Positions 1 through 9,870 of a DNA stretch of 64,000 bases are shown one piece after another; positions within the stretch are counted from its first letter, which is position 1; the number at the start of each line of letters is the position of its first letter. The DNA comes from Clostridia bacterium (GTDB lineage Bacteria > Bacillota > Clostridia > Christensenellales > UBA1242). The position numbers were made by a program, and so were the translations under genes. The notes below the pieces were generated by a model, which worked only from the letters and a program-made list of their open reading frames with translations, was not told the DNA's origin and searched no databases. Location of the stretch: assembly GCA_017623705.1 (NCBI GenBank), contig JAGAOQ010000014.1:383-64382 (forward strand), written 5' to 3'.

Positions 1-1927
1 CATACATGATATTATCATAGATAAAACGAATAACTTCCAGAACAGCATCTAAGTTGTTAGTTAAGTTTGGTGCTTCTATATAAGAAATAGCGCCACCTGG
101 ACTCAAACGTTGGAATTCACTTTCTAACTTCAATTTAGAGAACGCATCAATTTCTTCAAACACAGGAACGTGATACGAATTAGTAATATAGTTGCGGTCA
201 GTAATTCCCTTAATTTCACCAAAACGACGTTTTAAGTTTTTAGCAAATTTATAAGTTGTACTTTCAATCGGTGTACCATAAACACTATAATCAATGTTTT
301 CCTCAGCTTTCCATTCTTTACATTTATCGTTCAAACGTTGCAAGACTGCCAAGCCAAATTCTTTACCGACACCGTTATCAGTATGACTATGGTCGGTCAT
401 ATATTTCACACATTCGTACAAGCCAGCATAGCCCAAGGAAATCGTTGAATAACCGCCATGCAACAAGTCATGAATGCTTTGTCCCTTTGGTAAACGAGCC
501 AATGCTCCGTACTGCCACAAGATAGGAGCTACATCGCTGGTTGCCTTAGCCAAACGTTCATGACGAATTTGTAAAGCTTCATGACAAAGTTCCAAACGTT
601 CATCAAGAAGTTTCCAGAACTTGTTCATGTCTTTTTCTGCCGACAAGGCAGCGTCAACTAAGTTAATTGTAACAACGCCTTGGTTAAAGCGACCGTAGTA
701 CTTAGGTTTACCATTTTTGTCGACGTAAGGCGTTAAGAACGAACGACAACCCATACATGGATAACATTGTCCGTCGCCATTAGCATCAATCTTCAACTGC
801 TTCATCATTTTTTCGGAAATGTAATCAGGAACCATGCGTTTAGCAGTACACTCTGCGGCTAACTGCGTTAAATAGTAATACTCGCCCTGTGGATTCATAT
901 TAGCTTCTTCCAAGACATACAACAACTTTGGGAAAGCTGGTGTAATATAAACACCCTTTTCGTTTTTCATACCTTGAATACGTTGACGTAAAAATTCTTC
1001 AATAATCATAGCCAATTCTTTTTTGTATTCATCGGTTTCACCTAAATACATACAAACCGACAAGAATGGAGCTTGGCCGTTGGTTGTGGTCATAGAATTG
1101 ATTTGATATTGGAAAGTTTGCACGCCGTCAGTAATTTCACGTTGAATATCTTCATCAGCAAACTTTTTAGCTTGTTCTTTGGATAAGCCACGTTCTTCAT
1201 AACGACGTAAATAACGTTGGTAGCTATCACGCACAAACGGAGCTAAATGTGATAAGGTAATTGTTGCCCCACCGTATTGACTAGACGATACAGCGGTAAT
1301 CAACTGTGTTGCAATCGTCATAGCCGTTAAGAAACGATGTGGTCGTTCAATCATCACACCGTTAATGTTGGTGCCATGATTCATCATATCTTCCAAATTG
1401 ATTAAGTCGCAATTATGCAAAGCGTTTTGAGCAAAATAATCAGCGTCGTGGAAATGAATAATCCCTTCGTCGTGTGCCTTAACAATCGTTGGTGGCAACA
1501 ACAAACGACGAGTAATATCTGTACTGGTAATCCCCGCAATGTAATCACGTTGCGTGGTTACCACACGAGCATTCTTGTTGGAATTTTCCGTATTCCAATA
1601 TTCGCTTTCGCCGTTAATCAATTCTTTAATTGCAACGTCAGTGGTATTGCTTTGACGTACTAACTCACGAGTATAACGATAAATAATATAACGTTTCGCC
1701 AATTGATAGTGTCCCAAGGTCATTAAGCGTTGCTCAATAATATCTTGAACGTCTTCCACCAGTAAGCGTTTTTTCTTCATACCAGTAATGTGAGCCAAAA
1801 TCCCTTCAATTTCAGCGTCAGTCGCTTGTTCCTTTTCATCAACCTCACGATTCGCCTTTTTAATTGCGATTTTGATTTTGTTGGCATCAAAGTCAACAAT
1901 TTTTCCGTTGCGTTTTACGATTTGCAT
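1..1927 (-). CDS. nrdD: anaerobic ribonucleoside-triphosphate reductase NrdD, long form with N-terminal ATP-cone; C-terminal end runs off the window
   Basis: My own reverse-strand translation from the ATG at 1927 gives MQIVKRNGKIVDFDANKIKIAIKKA..HDEGIIHFHDADY..CYPCMGCRSF.. and stays open to position 1. SD aaaggaag lies upstream. Absent from the ORF track because no stop falls in the window. Confidence 0.9.
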   Translation of the reverse strand, partial: MQIVKRNGKIVDFDANKIKIAIKKANREVDEKEQATDAEIEGILAHITGMKKKRLLVEDVQDIIEQRLMTLGHYQLAKRYIIYRYTRELVRQSNTTDVAIKELINGESEYWNTENSNKNARVVTTQRDYIAGITSTDITRRLLLPPTIVKAHDEGIIHFHDADYFAQNALHNCDLINLEDMMNHGTNINGVMIERPHRFLTAMTIATQLITAVSSSQYGGATITLSHLAPFVRDSYQRYLRRYEERGLSKEQAKKFADEDIQREITDGVQTFQYQINSMTTTNGQAPFLSVCMYLGETDEYKKELAMIIEEFLRQRIQGMKNEKGVYITPAFPKLLYVLEEANMNPQGEYYYLTQLAAECTAKRMVPDYISEKMMKQLKIDANGDGQCYPCMGCRSFLTPYVDKNGKPKYYGRFNQGVVTINLVDAALSAEKDMNKFWKLLDERLELCHEALQIRHERLAKATSDVAPILWQYGALARLPKGQSIHDLLHGGYSTISLGYAGLYECVKYMTDHSHTDNGVGKEFGLAVLQRLNDKCKEWKAEENIDYSVYGTPIESTTYKFAKNLKRRFGEIKGITDRNYITNSYHVPVFEEIDAFSKLKLESEFQRLSPGGAISYIEAPNLTNNLDAVLEVIRFIYDNIMY

Positions 1928-1997
1928 ATTTCTTCCTTTTAATGCCGCCACTGCGACCGTACATATTTATGTTATCATATCTTTTTACAAAGTCAAT

Positions 1998-2048
1998 AAA
2001 AAAACAAACAACATCTTGTGGTCTAAACCAGCAACACACCACAAGATG
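1998..2048 (-). terminator. rho-independent terminator after the histidine phosphatase gene
   Basis: 11-bp inverted repeat catcttgtggt (2012-2022) / accacaagatg (2038-2048), followed on the minus strand by a T-rich run. Confidence 0.7.
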
Positions 2049-2069
2049 CAAATTCACCTTAAATTCAAA

Positions 2070-2612
2070 TTATTTATCAAAAACAACAACTTTGGCATTA
2101 GGAATCTTTAAGGTTGAAAAATCATTTTCTGGTGGTAAGCCATTAAAATACCCCGCCACAGCTCGTCCAATGCAACTATGACCGACGACCAAAATATTTT
2201 TTTGTGGATATGCTTGCAACACGTCGTCAAAGAAATCGGCAACCCGTTGATAAAGCTCCATAATAGTTTCCATTTGCAAAGCTTTGGTTTGTTCGTCGTC
2301 AGCTCCAACTAGCCAGCGGTTAAACGTAATCGCACTGCTCGGTTGGTTCTCCATTTTACCATAATACCTAGCTTTCAAGCGTTCATCATACACAGGAACG
2401 ATGTTCGGGTGATACGCTAGAATTTGCTCACAAGTTTGTTTAGCTCGCATTAAAGGCGAACAGAAGCACGCATCAAACTCAACATCACGCAAAGACAATG
2501 CCGTCTGCTTCGCTTGTTCCAGTCCATGTTCATTAAGACAAACATCTTGTTGCCCCGCAATGATTTGATTTAAGTTACAATCCGTTTGCCCATGTCTTAC
2601 AAAATAGATCAT
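2070..2612 (-). CDS. histidine phosphatase family protein (phosphoglycerate mutase-like)
   Basis: MIYFVRHGQTDCN RHG motif. GGAGG SD lies 5 nt upstream of the ATG at 2612; the track start at 2624 is probably too long. Confidence 0.8.
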   Translation of the reverse strand: MIYFVRHGQTDCNLNQIIAGQQDVCLNEHGLEQAKQTALSLRDVEFDACFCSPLMRAKQTCEQILAYHPNIVPVYDERLKARYYGKMENQPSSAITFNRWLVGADDEQTKALQMETIMELYQRVADFFDDVLQAYPQKNILVVGHSCIGRAVAGYFNGLPPENDFSTLKIPNAKVVVFDK

Positions 2613-2670
2613 TTTTACCTCCACCCCACTTTAACATACTTATATGATAATTAGAAACAAAAATAAGACA

Positions 2671-2702
2671 AGAAAAAACCTAACCAAATTCTTGGTTAGG
2701 TT
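2671..2702 (-). terminator. rho-independent terminator after the small membrane protein gene
   Basis: Stem aacctaaccaa / ttggttaggtt with a 4-nt loop and a T-run on the minus strand. Confidence 0.7.
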
Positions 2703-2726
2703 TTCCCTGCGAATGTTTTAGTTAGC

Positions 2727-3038
2727 TTAAAATAATTCTGTGATATTCGCCCATGTGCCTGGGAAGAATTGGAAAAGAATGATAATTGCTAACAAAATCA
2801 AAAAGACGAGTTTTAAGATAAAACCACGTTTGACCATTGCTTCAAAACTAACAATCAAAACAACACCGAGTGCTGCATAGTTCTTGATAACAAGTAAGAT
2901 GTCGAAGAACAACCCTGCTGGAATAAATGTCCAGTTAGCGTTGATAATCAAAACGGCATAAAGCACAACCGTTAAGACCGCCAAAATCTCACCTAGAATA
3001 TCAAGCACCTTTTCGAGTATTGAATTTTTCTTATCCAT
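2727..3038 (-). CDS. small multi-pass membrane protein, unknown function
   Basis: 103-aa ORF with three hydrophobic segments, flanked by a terminator and an SD-like aggagg upstream. Confidence 0.6.
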   Translation of the reverse strand: MDKKNSILEKVLDILGEILAVLTVVLYAVLIINANWTFIPAGLFFDILLVIKNYAALGVVLIVSFEAMVKRGFILKLVFLILLAIIILFQFFPGTWANITELF

Positions 3039-3194
3039 TGATAAATCCTCCTTTGTATTATCTAGGTAAATTTTACCATGTGAAATTGTTTAAGTCAAAA
3101 ATTTTGATTCAATAAACTGCTAACAAAAATAATAGTCGCATTTGTTATCGGCTTATGTTACACTGGCTTAATCTTTAAATACTTAGGAGGAATT

Positions 3195-4460
3195 ATGTTA
3201 TTGTACATCGACCCAGGCACTGGCAGTATGCTTTTCACAATACTGATCGGTCTTTTCGGTTCATTGTTTTATTCAATGAAAATATTTTTAATTAAATTAA
3301 AAGGTTGGATTGGCGGTGGCAAGGTTGAAAAAATCAACAGAAAAATTCCTTTTGCGATTTATTCCGATGATAAAAGATATTGGGCAATTTTTGAATCAAT
3401 CTGCGAAAAATTAGACAAACTCGATAAAGAAGTTTTGTACCTAGCTGCTTCCGAAGATGATCCAGTGTTTAAGAAAAAATTTAAGAACATTAAAGCCGAA
3501 TACATCGGTAAAAGCAACAAATCGTTTTTCCGCTTGAATTACCTAAATGCGTCCATTTTGCTATCGACCACTCCTGGCTTTGGTGTATATCAATGGAAGC
3601 GATCCAAGAACGTTGATTACTATGTTCACATTACGCACGCAGCCAGCGACATTGCGATGTACCGTATGTTTGGGATTGATTACTACGATGCAATTTTATT
3701 GTCCGGTCAATATCAAGTTGAAGACGTACGGGCTCTCGAATCATTAAGGAATTTACCCGCCAAAGAATTAGTAAAAGTGGGTATCCCTTACATGGACGAT
3801 ATGTTAAAACGGGTCAAAACAGCCAAGCCGATTGCCAAGCACAAAACAACCGTTCTGTTAGCACCATCTTGGGGACCGAGTGCCATATTCAGTGTCTATG
3901 GTGGCACGATAATTAAAGAGTTATTAAAGACGGGTTATCACATCATTGTTCGTCCACACCCACAATCATTTTCAGCAGAAAAAGATTTAATGGAAAAACT
4001 TATGAACGAATACCCTGCGAGTGAAGATTTGGAATGGAATCGTGATAATGATAACTTTGAAGTTTTGAGAAGATCCGACGTTTTAATTTCGGATTTTTCG
4101 GGTGTGATTTTTGACTTCGCTTTAATTTTTGAGAAGCCAGTAATTTATACTAATCCTAACTTTGATACCAGCCCTTATGACATGTGGTGGCTAAACAAAG
4201 CCCCGTGGACGTCTTCTGCCCTACCTAGAATTGGTCGAGAGTTAACTACGGAGAATTTCTCCAAGATTAAAGACCTCGTCAAAGACTGCGTAAAAGATAA
4301 AAAATTATCCAAAAGTTTAGTTGAAGTTAAACAAGAAGTTTGGGAGCATATTGGTGAAGGTGCGGAACGAACCGTCAAATACTTAACCGATAAACTTGAA
4401 GAGATTACAGCGAAAAAGAACGCACAAAAAAACAAAAAAGCAAAAGAAAAGGAAACTTAA
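3195..4460 (+). CDS. CDP-glycerol glycerophosphotransferase family protein (TagB/TagF-like) with N-terminal membrane anchor
   Basis: C-terminal motifs VRPHPQ and SDVLISDFSGVIFDFALIFEKPVIY are typical of the TagF family. SD taggagg precedes the ATG. Confidence 0.8.
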   Translation: MLLYIDPGTGSMLFTILIGLFGSLFYSMKIFLIKLKGWIGGGKVEKINRKIPFAIYSDDKRYWAIFESICEKLDKLDKEVLYLAASEDDPVFKKKFKNIKAEYIGKSNKSFFRLNYLNASILLSTTPGFGVYQWKRSKNVDYYVHITHAASDIAMYRMFGIDYYDAILLSGQYQVEDVRALESLRNLPAKELVKVGIPYMDDMLKRVKTAKPIAKHKTTVLLAPSWGPSAIFSVYGGTIIKELLKTGYHIIVRPHPQSFSAEKDLMEKLMNEYPASEDLEWNRDNDNFEVLRRSDVLISDFSGVIFDFALIFEKPVIYTNPNFDTSPYDMWWLNKAPWTSSALPRIGRELTTENFSKIKDLVKDCVKDKKLSKSLVEVKQEVWEHIGEGAERTVKYLTDKLEEITAKKNAQKNKKAKEKET

Positions 4461-4520
4461 AATTTTATTACACTGCCACAAGAATAATGAAAATAATTTA
4501 GATTAACTAAGGAGAAGAAA

Positions 4521-7367
4521 ATGTCATTTGCAAATATTATTGATTCAATATTTCTCGGGCCACTCAAACTGGTCTTTGAGCTGATTTTCAATCTGTCGTA
4601 CATCGTATCAGAAAACGTTTGGGTGTCGATTATTCTGTTAAGCTTAGCGATGAATTTTTTGGTCCTGCCACTTTATATGTCAGCAGACCGCATGCAAGAC
4701 AGAGCCAAGGAAATTGAAGCAAAACTTAGACCAGGGATTCAACACATCAAGAAGACCTTTAAGGGCGACGAAAGAATGATGATGTTACAAACATACTATC
4801 GACAAAACAACTACTCGCCTTTATCTGCTTTAAGCGGTTCAGTTTCACTGTTGCTGGAAATTCCCTTCTTTATGGCAGCGTACCAATTCTTATCTAATGT
4901 TGGTTACTTAAACGGTGCTTCCATGGGGATTATCAGCGACTTATCCAAGCCAGACGCCTTATTCAGGATTGGCTCATTCCAAGTTAATATCTTGCCATTT
5001 TTGATGACAATTATCAATATCATTGCGAGCGTTTTATACTTGAAAGGTGCACCATTAAAAGCAAAAATTCAACTTTACGCAATGGCAATTTTCTTCCTAG
5101 TATTCTTGTACACTTCGCCGTCAGGTTTAGTTTTCTACTGGACATTAAACAATGTTTTCTCCTTGATTAAAACAATTTTCTACAAATTAAAGAATCCGAA
5201 AAAAGTCTTAAAGATTACCTTTTCCGTTGTTGGTGGCTTATTGTTCTTAATCCCGATATTTGGCAACATTACAGAACTTGCGTTCATTGTCAGCATTGTA
5301 GCGGCTTGTTTATTGCAATTACCTTTAATCATTTATCTACTTAAAGAAAAAGTATTTAGCAAATTAAAAACAAACAACAAACCAAAATATCAACCCAAAG
5401 TTAAGACGCCAAACAGAAAGTTGTTCTTACTCGGTTGTGTCTTCGCAACGCTTTTACTCGGGGTACTAATTCCATCAAATTACATTGCAGCTTCGCCACA
5501 GGAGTACGTTAACGCCTTCTTGGACTTCAACCCTTTAATCTACGTACTATCTTCAACCTGCTTTGCTGCTGGCGTTTTCTTGGTTTGGTTACAAGTCTTC
5601 TACTGGTTGGCTGGGGAAAAAGGCAAAGTCAAATTTGACCGTGTGATTTGGGTTTTATCATTTATTATGCTCATCAATTACATGTGCTTTGGGACAAATC
5701 TTGGTGTCATCTCCTCTGCCCTGAAATACGATAATGGTTTTTCGTTTAGCGTCTTTGAATGCGTCTTGAACACGCTACTGGTCATCATCTTATCAGTTGC
5801 TTTGTACTTCATCGTGGCGAACCTAAAAGTCTTTACAAAGTATGCAATCTTATCAATCATTCTAGTTGCCGTTGTGATGAGTGGTATCAATTTTGTTGGC
5901 ATCAATAAATCGCTAGCAGAATTAAATAAAGCCGACAGTGGCACTGAAATCGAAACTCGTTTCTCTTTAAGCAAGAACAGCAAAAACGTAATCGTTTTAA
6001 TGCTTGACCGAGCGATGGGGGTTTATGTTCCATACATATTACAAGAAAGACCCGAGCTACGAGAAAAGTTAGCAGGATTCACATATTATTCGAATACGAT
6101 TTCATACGGTGGACATACGAACATGGCGTCGCCGGCCTTATTAGGCGGTTACGAGTATACACCAATTAAAATTAACCAAATGAGCAATAAATCACTCAAA
6201 GACAAACAGAACGAGGCACACTTAGTCATGCCAACCATTTTTGAAACAAATGGCTTTGACGTTACCGTTGCTGATACCGTTTACGCAAATTACAACCAAG
6301 GCACTGACTTGTCAATTTTTGATAAAGAACAAAACACGATGCTACAAAACATCGAAAATTATGACTCTATCAATGGAATTGCCCTCAAAGGTAAATTTAC
6401 CGACCAAGAACATATCAAATACCGTTATGCCGCTAACAAAAAGAACTTCTTCCGTTTTAGCTTAATGAAGTCTATGCCCTTGTTACTACAACTGCTACTT
6501 TACGACGGAGCAAAATACCATAATATTTCTGGCGGCGATGAAAGTTTATATGGCGGACAAAAAATTGAATCTATATCAAAAGCAAATGGCTATGACCCTG
6601 CATTCTTGGATAACTATCTTGCACTGGATAACTTGCCAGAAATTACCAAAGTAACAGACTCTAACACAAACACATTTATGTTCATGACAAATGACCTTAC
6701 ACACGAACCAATGCTTTTAGATGAAACCACCTATACCCCAGCGATAAACGTTGACAACACCGAATATGACAAAACTCACGCAGATCGATTCATTAACCAA
6801 ACAACAGGTGATAAGTTAAAAATTAACACCGCAACAGCACTAAAACACTACCAAACTAATGTTGCGACTTTGTTTAAGCTTGCTGAATGGTTTGATTACA
6901 TGCGAAAAAATGACGTATATGATAACACAAAAATTATTTTGGTTTCAGACCATGGTAGCAACAGTGGCGGAAATTTAGATATTTTTAACTATAACAATGA
7001 ATCGTTAGAATTCTATTTTCCACTTTTGATGGTAAAAGATTTTGCCGAAAACCTATCGAGTGATGAAAAGACAACTGTAACCTTTGATAATCAATTTATG
7101 ACAAATGCTGATGTTGTGTCGCTTGCCGTAAAAGACGCTATTGACGGCGAAGTTAAAAATCCATTCACGGGAAAAGCCATTAACACAAACGAGAAAACAG
7201 CACACGATCAATTCATTATGTGTTCTCGCAAACACAGCATTTCAGAAAACAACAAGAACCAATTTCTTGCCTCTGAATGGATTGCAGTCGGTCAAAGTGG
7301 TTTATGGGATACCAGCAAATTAAAATACATCGCAACACCTGTGGTTAAAACAGATTACAATATCTAA
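4521..7367 (+). CDS. fusion protein: YidC/Oxa1-like insertase domain + polytopic membrane region + extracytoplasmic sulfatase/alkaline-phosphatase (LtaS-like) domain
   Basis: N-terminal LPLYMSADRMQ..YYRQNNYSPL..SGLVFYWTLNNVFSLIKT matches the YidC core. About 8 further TM segments follow, then a C-terminal VIVLMLDRAMG..LVSDHGS sulfatase-type domain. SD aaggag. Confidence 0.75.
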   Translation: MSFANIIDSIFLGPLKLVFELIFNLSYIVSENVWVSIILLSLAMNFLVLPLYMSADRMQDRAKEIEAKLRPGIQHIKKTFKGDERMMMLQTYYRQNNYSPLSALSGSVSLLLEIPFFMAAYQFLSNVGYLNGASMGIISDLSKPDALFRIGSFQVNILPFLMTIINIIASVLYLKGAPLKAKIQLYAMAIFFLVFLYTSPSGLVFYWTLNNVFSLIKTIFYKLKNPKKVLKITFSVVGGLLFLIPIFGNITELAFIVSIVAACLLQLPLIIYLLKEKVFSKLKTNNKPKYQPKVKTPNRKLFLLGCVFATLLLGVLIPSNYIAASPQEYVNAFLDFNPLIYVLSSTCFAAGVFLVWLQVFYWLAGEKGKVKFDRVIWVLSFIMLINYMCFGTNLGVISSALKYDNGFSFSVFECVLNTLLVIILSVALYFIVANLKVFTKYAILSIILVAVVMSGINFVGINKSLAELNKADSGTEIETRFSLSKNSKNVIVLMLDRAMGVYVPYILQERPELREKLAGFTYYSNTISYGGHTNMASPALLGGYEYTPIKINQMSNKSLKDKQNEAHLVMPTIFETNGFDVTVADTVYANYNQGTDLSIFDKEQNTMLQNIENYDSINGIALKGKFTDQEHIKYRYAANKKNFFRFSLMKSMPLLLQLLLYDGAKYHNISGGDESLYGGQKIESISKANGYDPAFLDNYLALDNLPEITKVTDSNTNTFMFMTNDLTHEPMLLDETTYTPAINVDNTEYDKTHADRFINQTTGDKLKINTATALKHYQTNVATLFKLAEWFDYMRKNDVYDNTKIILVSDHGSNSGGNLDIFNYNNESLEFYFPLLMVKDFAENLSSDEKTTVTFDNQFMTNADVVSLAVKDAIDGEVKNPFTGKAINTNEKTAHDQFIMCSRKHSISENNKNQFLASEWIAVGQSGLWDTSKLKYIATPVVKTDYNI

Positions 7368-7383
7368 AACAAAGGAGATCAAA

Positions 7384-8460
7384 ATGATAAATTTTACAGT
7401 AGGACCAGTACAATCAAACGAAGATGTCTTAAAAATTGGAGCACAACAAGTACCCTATTTTAGGACAGCGGAATTTTCCGCAATTATGTTGGAAAACGAA
7501 AAGTTGGTCAAAAAGTTTGCCAAAGCAAAAGACGATGCTCGTGTAGTTTTTATTACAGGTTCAGGTACAGCATCAATGGAAGCTGCAATCATGAATTTAT
7601 TTAATCAGCAAACTGACAAACTGTTGGTGATTAACGGTGGTAGCTTTGGACAAAGGTTTGTTGACATTTGCAAAATCCACGAACTGAATTACACCGAAAT
7701 TGCATTAAATTTAGGCGAAAATATTACGCCTGAAATTTTAGCACAGTATGATGGACAAGGTTACACTGGATTATTAGTCAACATTCATGAAACGTCAACT
7801 GGCGTACGTTACAATCTCGATGCAATCAGTGCTTTCTGCCAAAAGAATCACATCTTCTTACTGGTAGACGCCATCAGTTCTTTTTTAGCCGACGAAATTG
7901 ATATGGCTAACAGTCAAATTGGAGCGTTGATTACAGGTTCACAAAAAGCATTAGCATGCCCACCGGGAATATCTTTAATTGTTTTAGCAAAAGAAGGTTT
8001 AGACCGAATAAATTGTAACAAGATTAAATCTTTGTACTTTGACTTAAAACCCGCACTTAAAGACGGCGAAAGAGGTCAAACACCTTTTACGCCAGCCGTT
8101 AGCATTCTGCTACAAATCAATGCAAGATTAAAACAAATTAAACATGACGGCGGAATTGAGAAAGAAATCGCACGAGTTGCCCGTTTAGCAAATTATTTCC
8201 GTGAAAAAGTAAAAGCATTGCCTTTTGAATTAATTACCAACAGCATGTCAAATGCAGTTACTACCCTCTCTCCGAAAAACTGTTCTGCTTACGACATATT
8301 TTTAACACTGAAAAATGAATACAACATTTGGGTTTGTCCTAACGGCGGTAAATTAAAGGATCAACTTTTCCGTGTGGGACACATCGGCAATTTAACCGAA
8401 GCAGATTATGACAAACTGATTGATGCGATGAATGATATGGATAAGAGGGGGCTTTTGTAA
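7384..8460 (+). CDS. class V (PLP-dependent) aminotransferase
   Basis: FITGSGTASMEAA and SQKALACPPG (PLP lysine) motifs; 358 aa; SD aaaggag. Confidence 0.8.
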   Translation: MINFTVGPVQSNEDVLKIGAQQVPYFRTAEFSAIMLENEKLVKKFAKAKDDARVVFITGSGTASMEAAIMNLFNQQTDKLLVINGGSFGQRFVDICKIHELNYTEIALNLGENITPEILAQYDGQGYTGLLVNIHETSTGVRYNLDAISAFCQKNHIFLLVDAISSFLADEIDMANSQIGALITGSQKALACPPGISLIVLAKEGLDRINCNKIKSLYFDLKPALKDGERGQTPFTPAVSILLQINARLKQIKHDGGIEKEIARVARLANYFREKVKALPFELITNSMSNAVTTLSPKNCSAYDIFLTLKNEYNIWVCPNGGKLKDQLFRVGHIGNLTEADYDKLIDAMNDMDKRGLL

Positions 8461-8469
8461 GGACGGCTC

Positions 8470-9816
8470 ATGAAAAAAGTAATTACGTACGGAACTTTTG
8501 ATTTACTGCACCATGGTCATATCAAGATTCTTGAACGAGCAAAAGCGTTGGGTGATTATTTAATCGTTGGGGTAACTTCTGACGATTATGATAAATCACG
8601 AGGAAAAATCAACGTACAACAATCTTTAATCCAAAGAGTACTTGGTGTTAAAGCAACTGGGCTTGCCGATGAAATCATAGTGGAAGAATACGAAGGACAA
8701 AAAATTGATGACATTATTAAGCATGGCGTCGACATTTTTACGGTTGGTTCAGACTGGAAAGGCGTATTCGACTATTTGAACCAATATTGCAAAGTTGTTT
8801 ACCTAAAACGAACTGAGGGCGTTTCCAGCTCACAAATTAGAGAAGAAAACGCTAACTTGAAAATTGGTTTAATTGGCGAAACCAGATTTATGGAAAAGTA
8901 TTATAATGAATCTGCTTTCGTAAATGGACTTAAAGTCGAAACTGTTTACACACTTGACAAAAGCATTTACAACGACCAAAAGGAACTCTTATCTTTCAGT
9001 AACTCTTATGAAGAATTATTAACCAAGGTTGATGCTGTCTATATCGCATCACACCCTACCAAGCATTATCAACAAATTCTACAAGCACTGGAAAATGGGA
9101 AACATGTCCTATGCGAATCACCACTTACCATGTCGGTAAAAGAATCAAAGAAACTATTTGAAATTGCCAACAAGAAAGGATTGATTTTAATGGAGGCAAT
9201 CAAGACGGCCTACTCTACTGCCTATAACCGTTTATTACTACTCTTGAAAAGTGGGAAAATTGGCAAAGTTGTTTCGGTTGATGCAACTTGCACAAGTATC
9301 GAAAAAATTGTTAAAGACGATAAATTGGGTTACGAAAAAGTATGGAATTCAATTTGCTCATGGGGACCAACTGCCATGCTACCCGTTTTACAAGTTTTAG
9401 GAACTAACGTAAAAAATTTGGACATTTCGTCTATTAAGTTGCCTGATGATGCAACGTTTGATATTTTTACAAAAATCAATTTTACATTCAAAGATGCAGT
9501 TGCTTCCATCAAAGTTGGAAAAGGTGTAAAATCCGAAGGTGAACTGATTATCTCTGGGACCAAAGGTTACATCTACGTTCCATCACCATGGTGGAAAACT
9601 GATTACTTTGAAGTTCGCTATGAAGACTTCAATAACAACATCAGGTATTTTAACCAACTAGACGGCGAAGGCATACGCTCGCAATTACTGGCGTTTGTAC
9701 GAGCAATTAAGCACAGCAATCCAAAGACCTATATCGACCAACAAGTTTCGATTGAAATCAGCAAAATCATTGAAACCTACAACAACGGCATGATAACCAA
9801 TTTGAACGCAAAATAA
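8470..9816 (+). CDS. fusion: glycerol-3-phosphate cytidylyltransferase (TagD-like) + Gfo/Idh/MocA oxidoreductase
   Basis: N-terminus is MKKVITYGTFDLLHHGHIKILERAK (HxGH nucleotidyltransferase). The C-terminal 310 aa carry GKHVLCESPL, a Gfo/Idh/MocA signature. Confidence 0.8.
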   Translation: MKKVITYGTFDLLHHGHIKILERAKALGDYLIVGVTSDDYDKSRGKINVQQSLIQRVLGVKATGLADEIIVEEYEGQKIDDIIKHGVDIFTVGSDWKGVFDYLNQYCKVVYLKRTEGVSSSQIREENANLKIGLIGETRFMEKYYNESAFVNGLKVETVYTLDKSIYNDQKELLSFSNSYEELLTKVDAVYIASHPTKHYQQILQALENGKHVLCESPLTMSVKESKKLFEIANKKGLILMEAIKTAYSTAYNRLLLLLKSGKIGKVVSVDATCTSIEKIVKDDKLGYEKVWNSICSWGPTAMLPVLQVLGTNVKNLDISSIKLPDDATFDIFTKINFTFKDAVASIKVGKGVKSEGELIISGTKGYIYVPSPWWKTDYFEVRYEDFNNNIRYFNQLDGEGIRSQLLAFVRAIKHSNPKTYIDQQVSIEISKIIETYNNGMITNLNAK

Positions 9817-9864
9817 AACCTAAACCGACCAGTTCGATTTAGGTAAAAAAATCAATCTTGTTAT
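9817..9864. repeat. direct repeat copy A (terminator hairpin + 20 bp)
   Basis: aacctaaaccgaccagttcgatttaggtaaaaaaatcaatcttgttat is identical to 11006-11054 except for one extra A. The hairpin part recurs at 13681-13708. Confidence 0.9.
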
Positions 9865-9870
9865 ATACAC

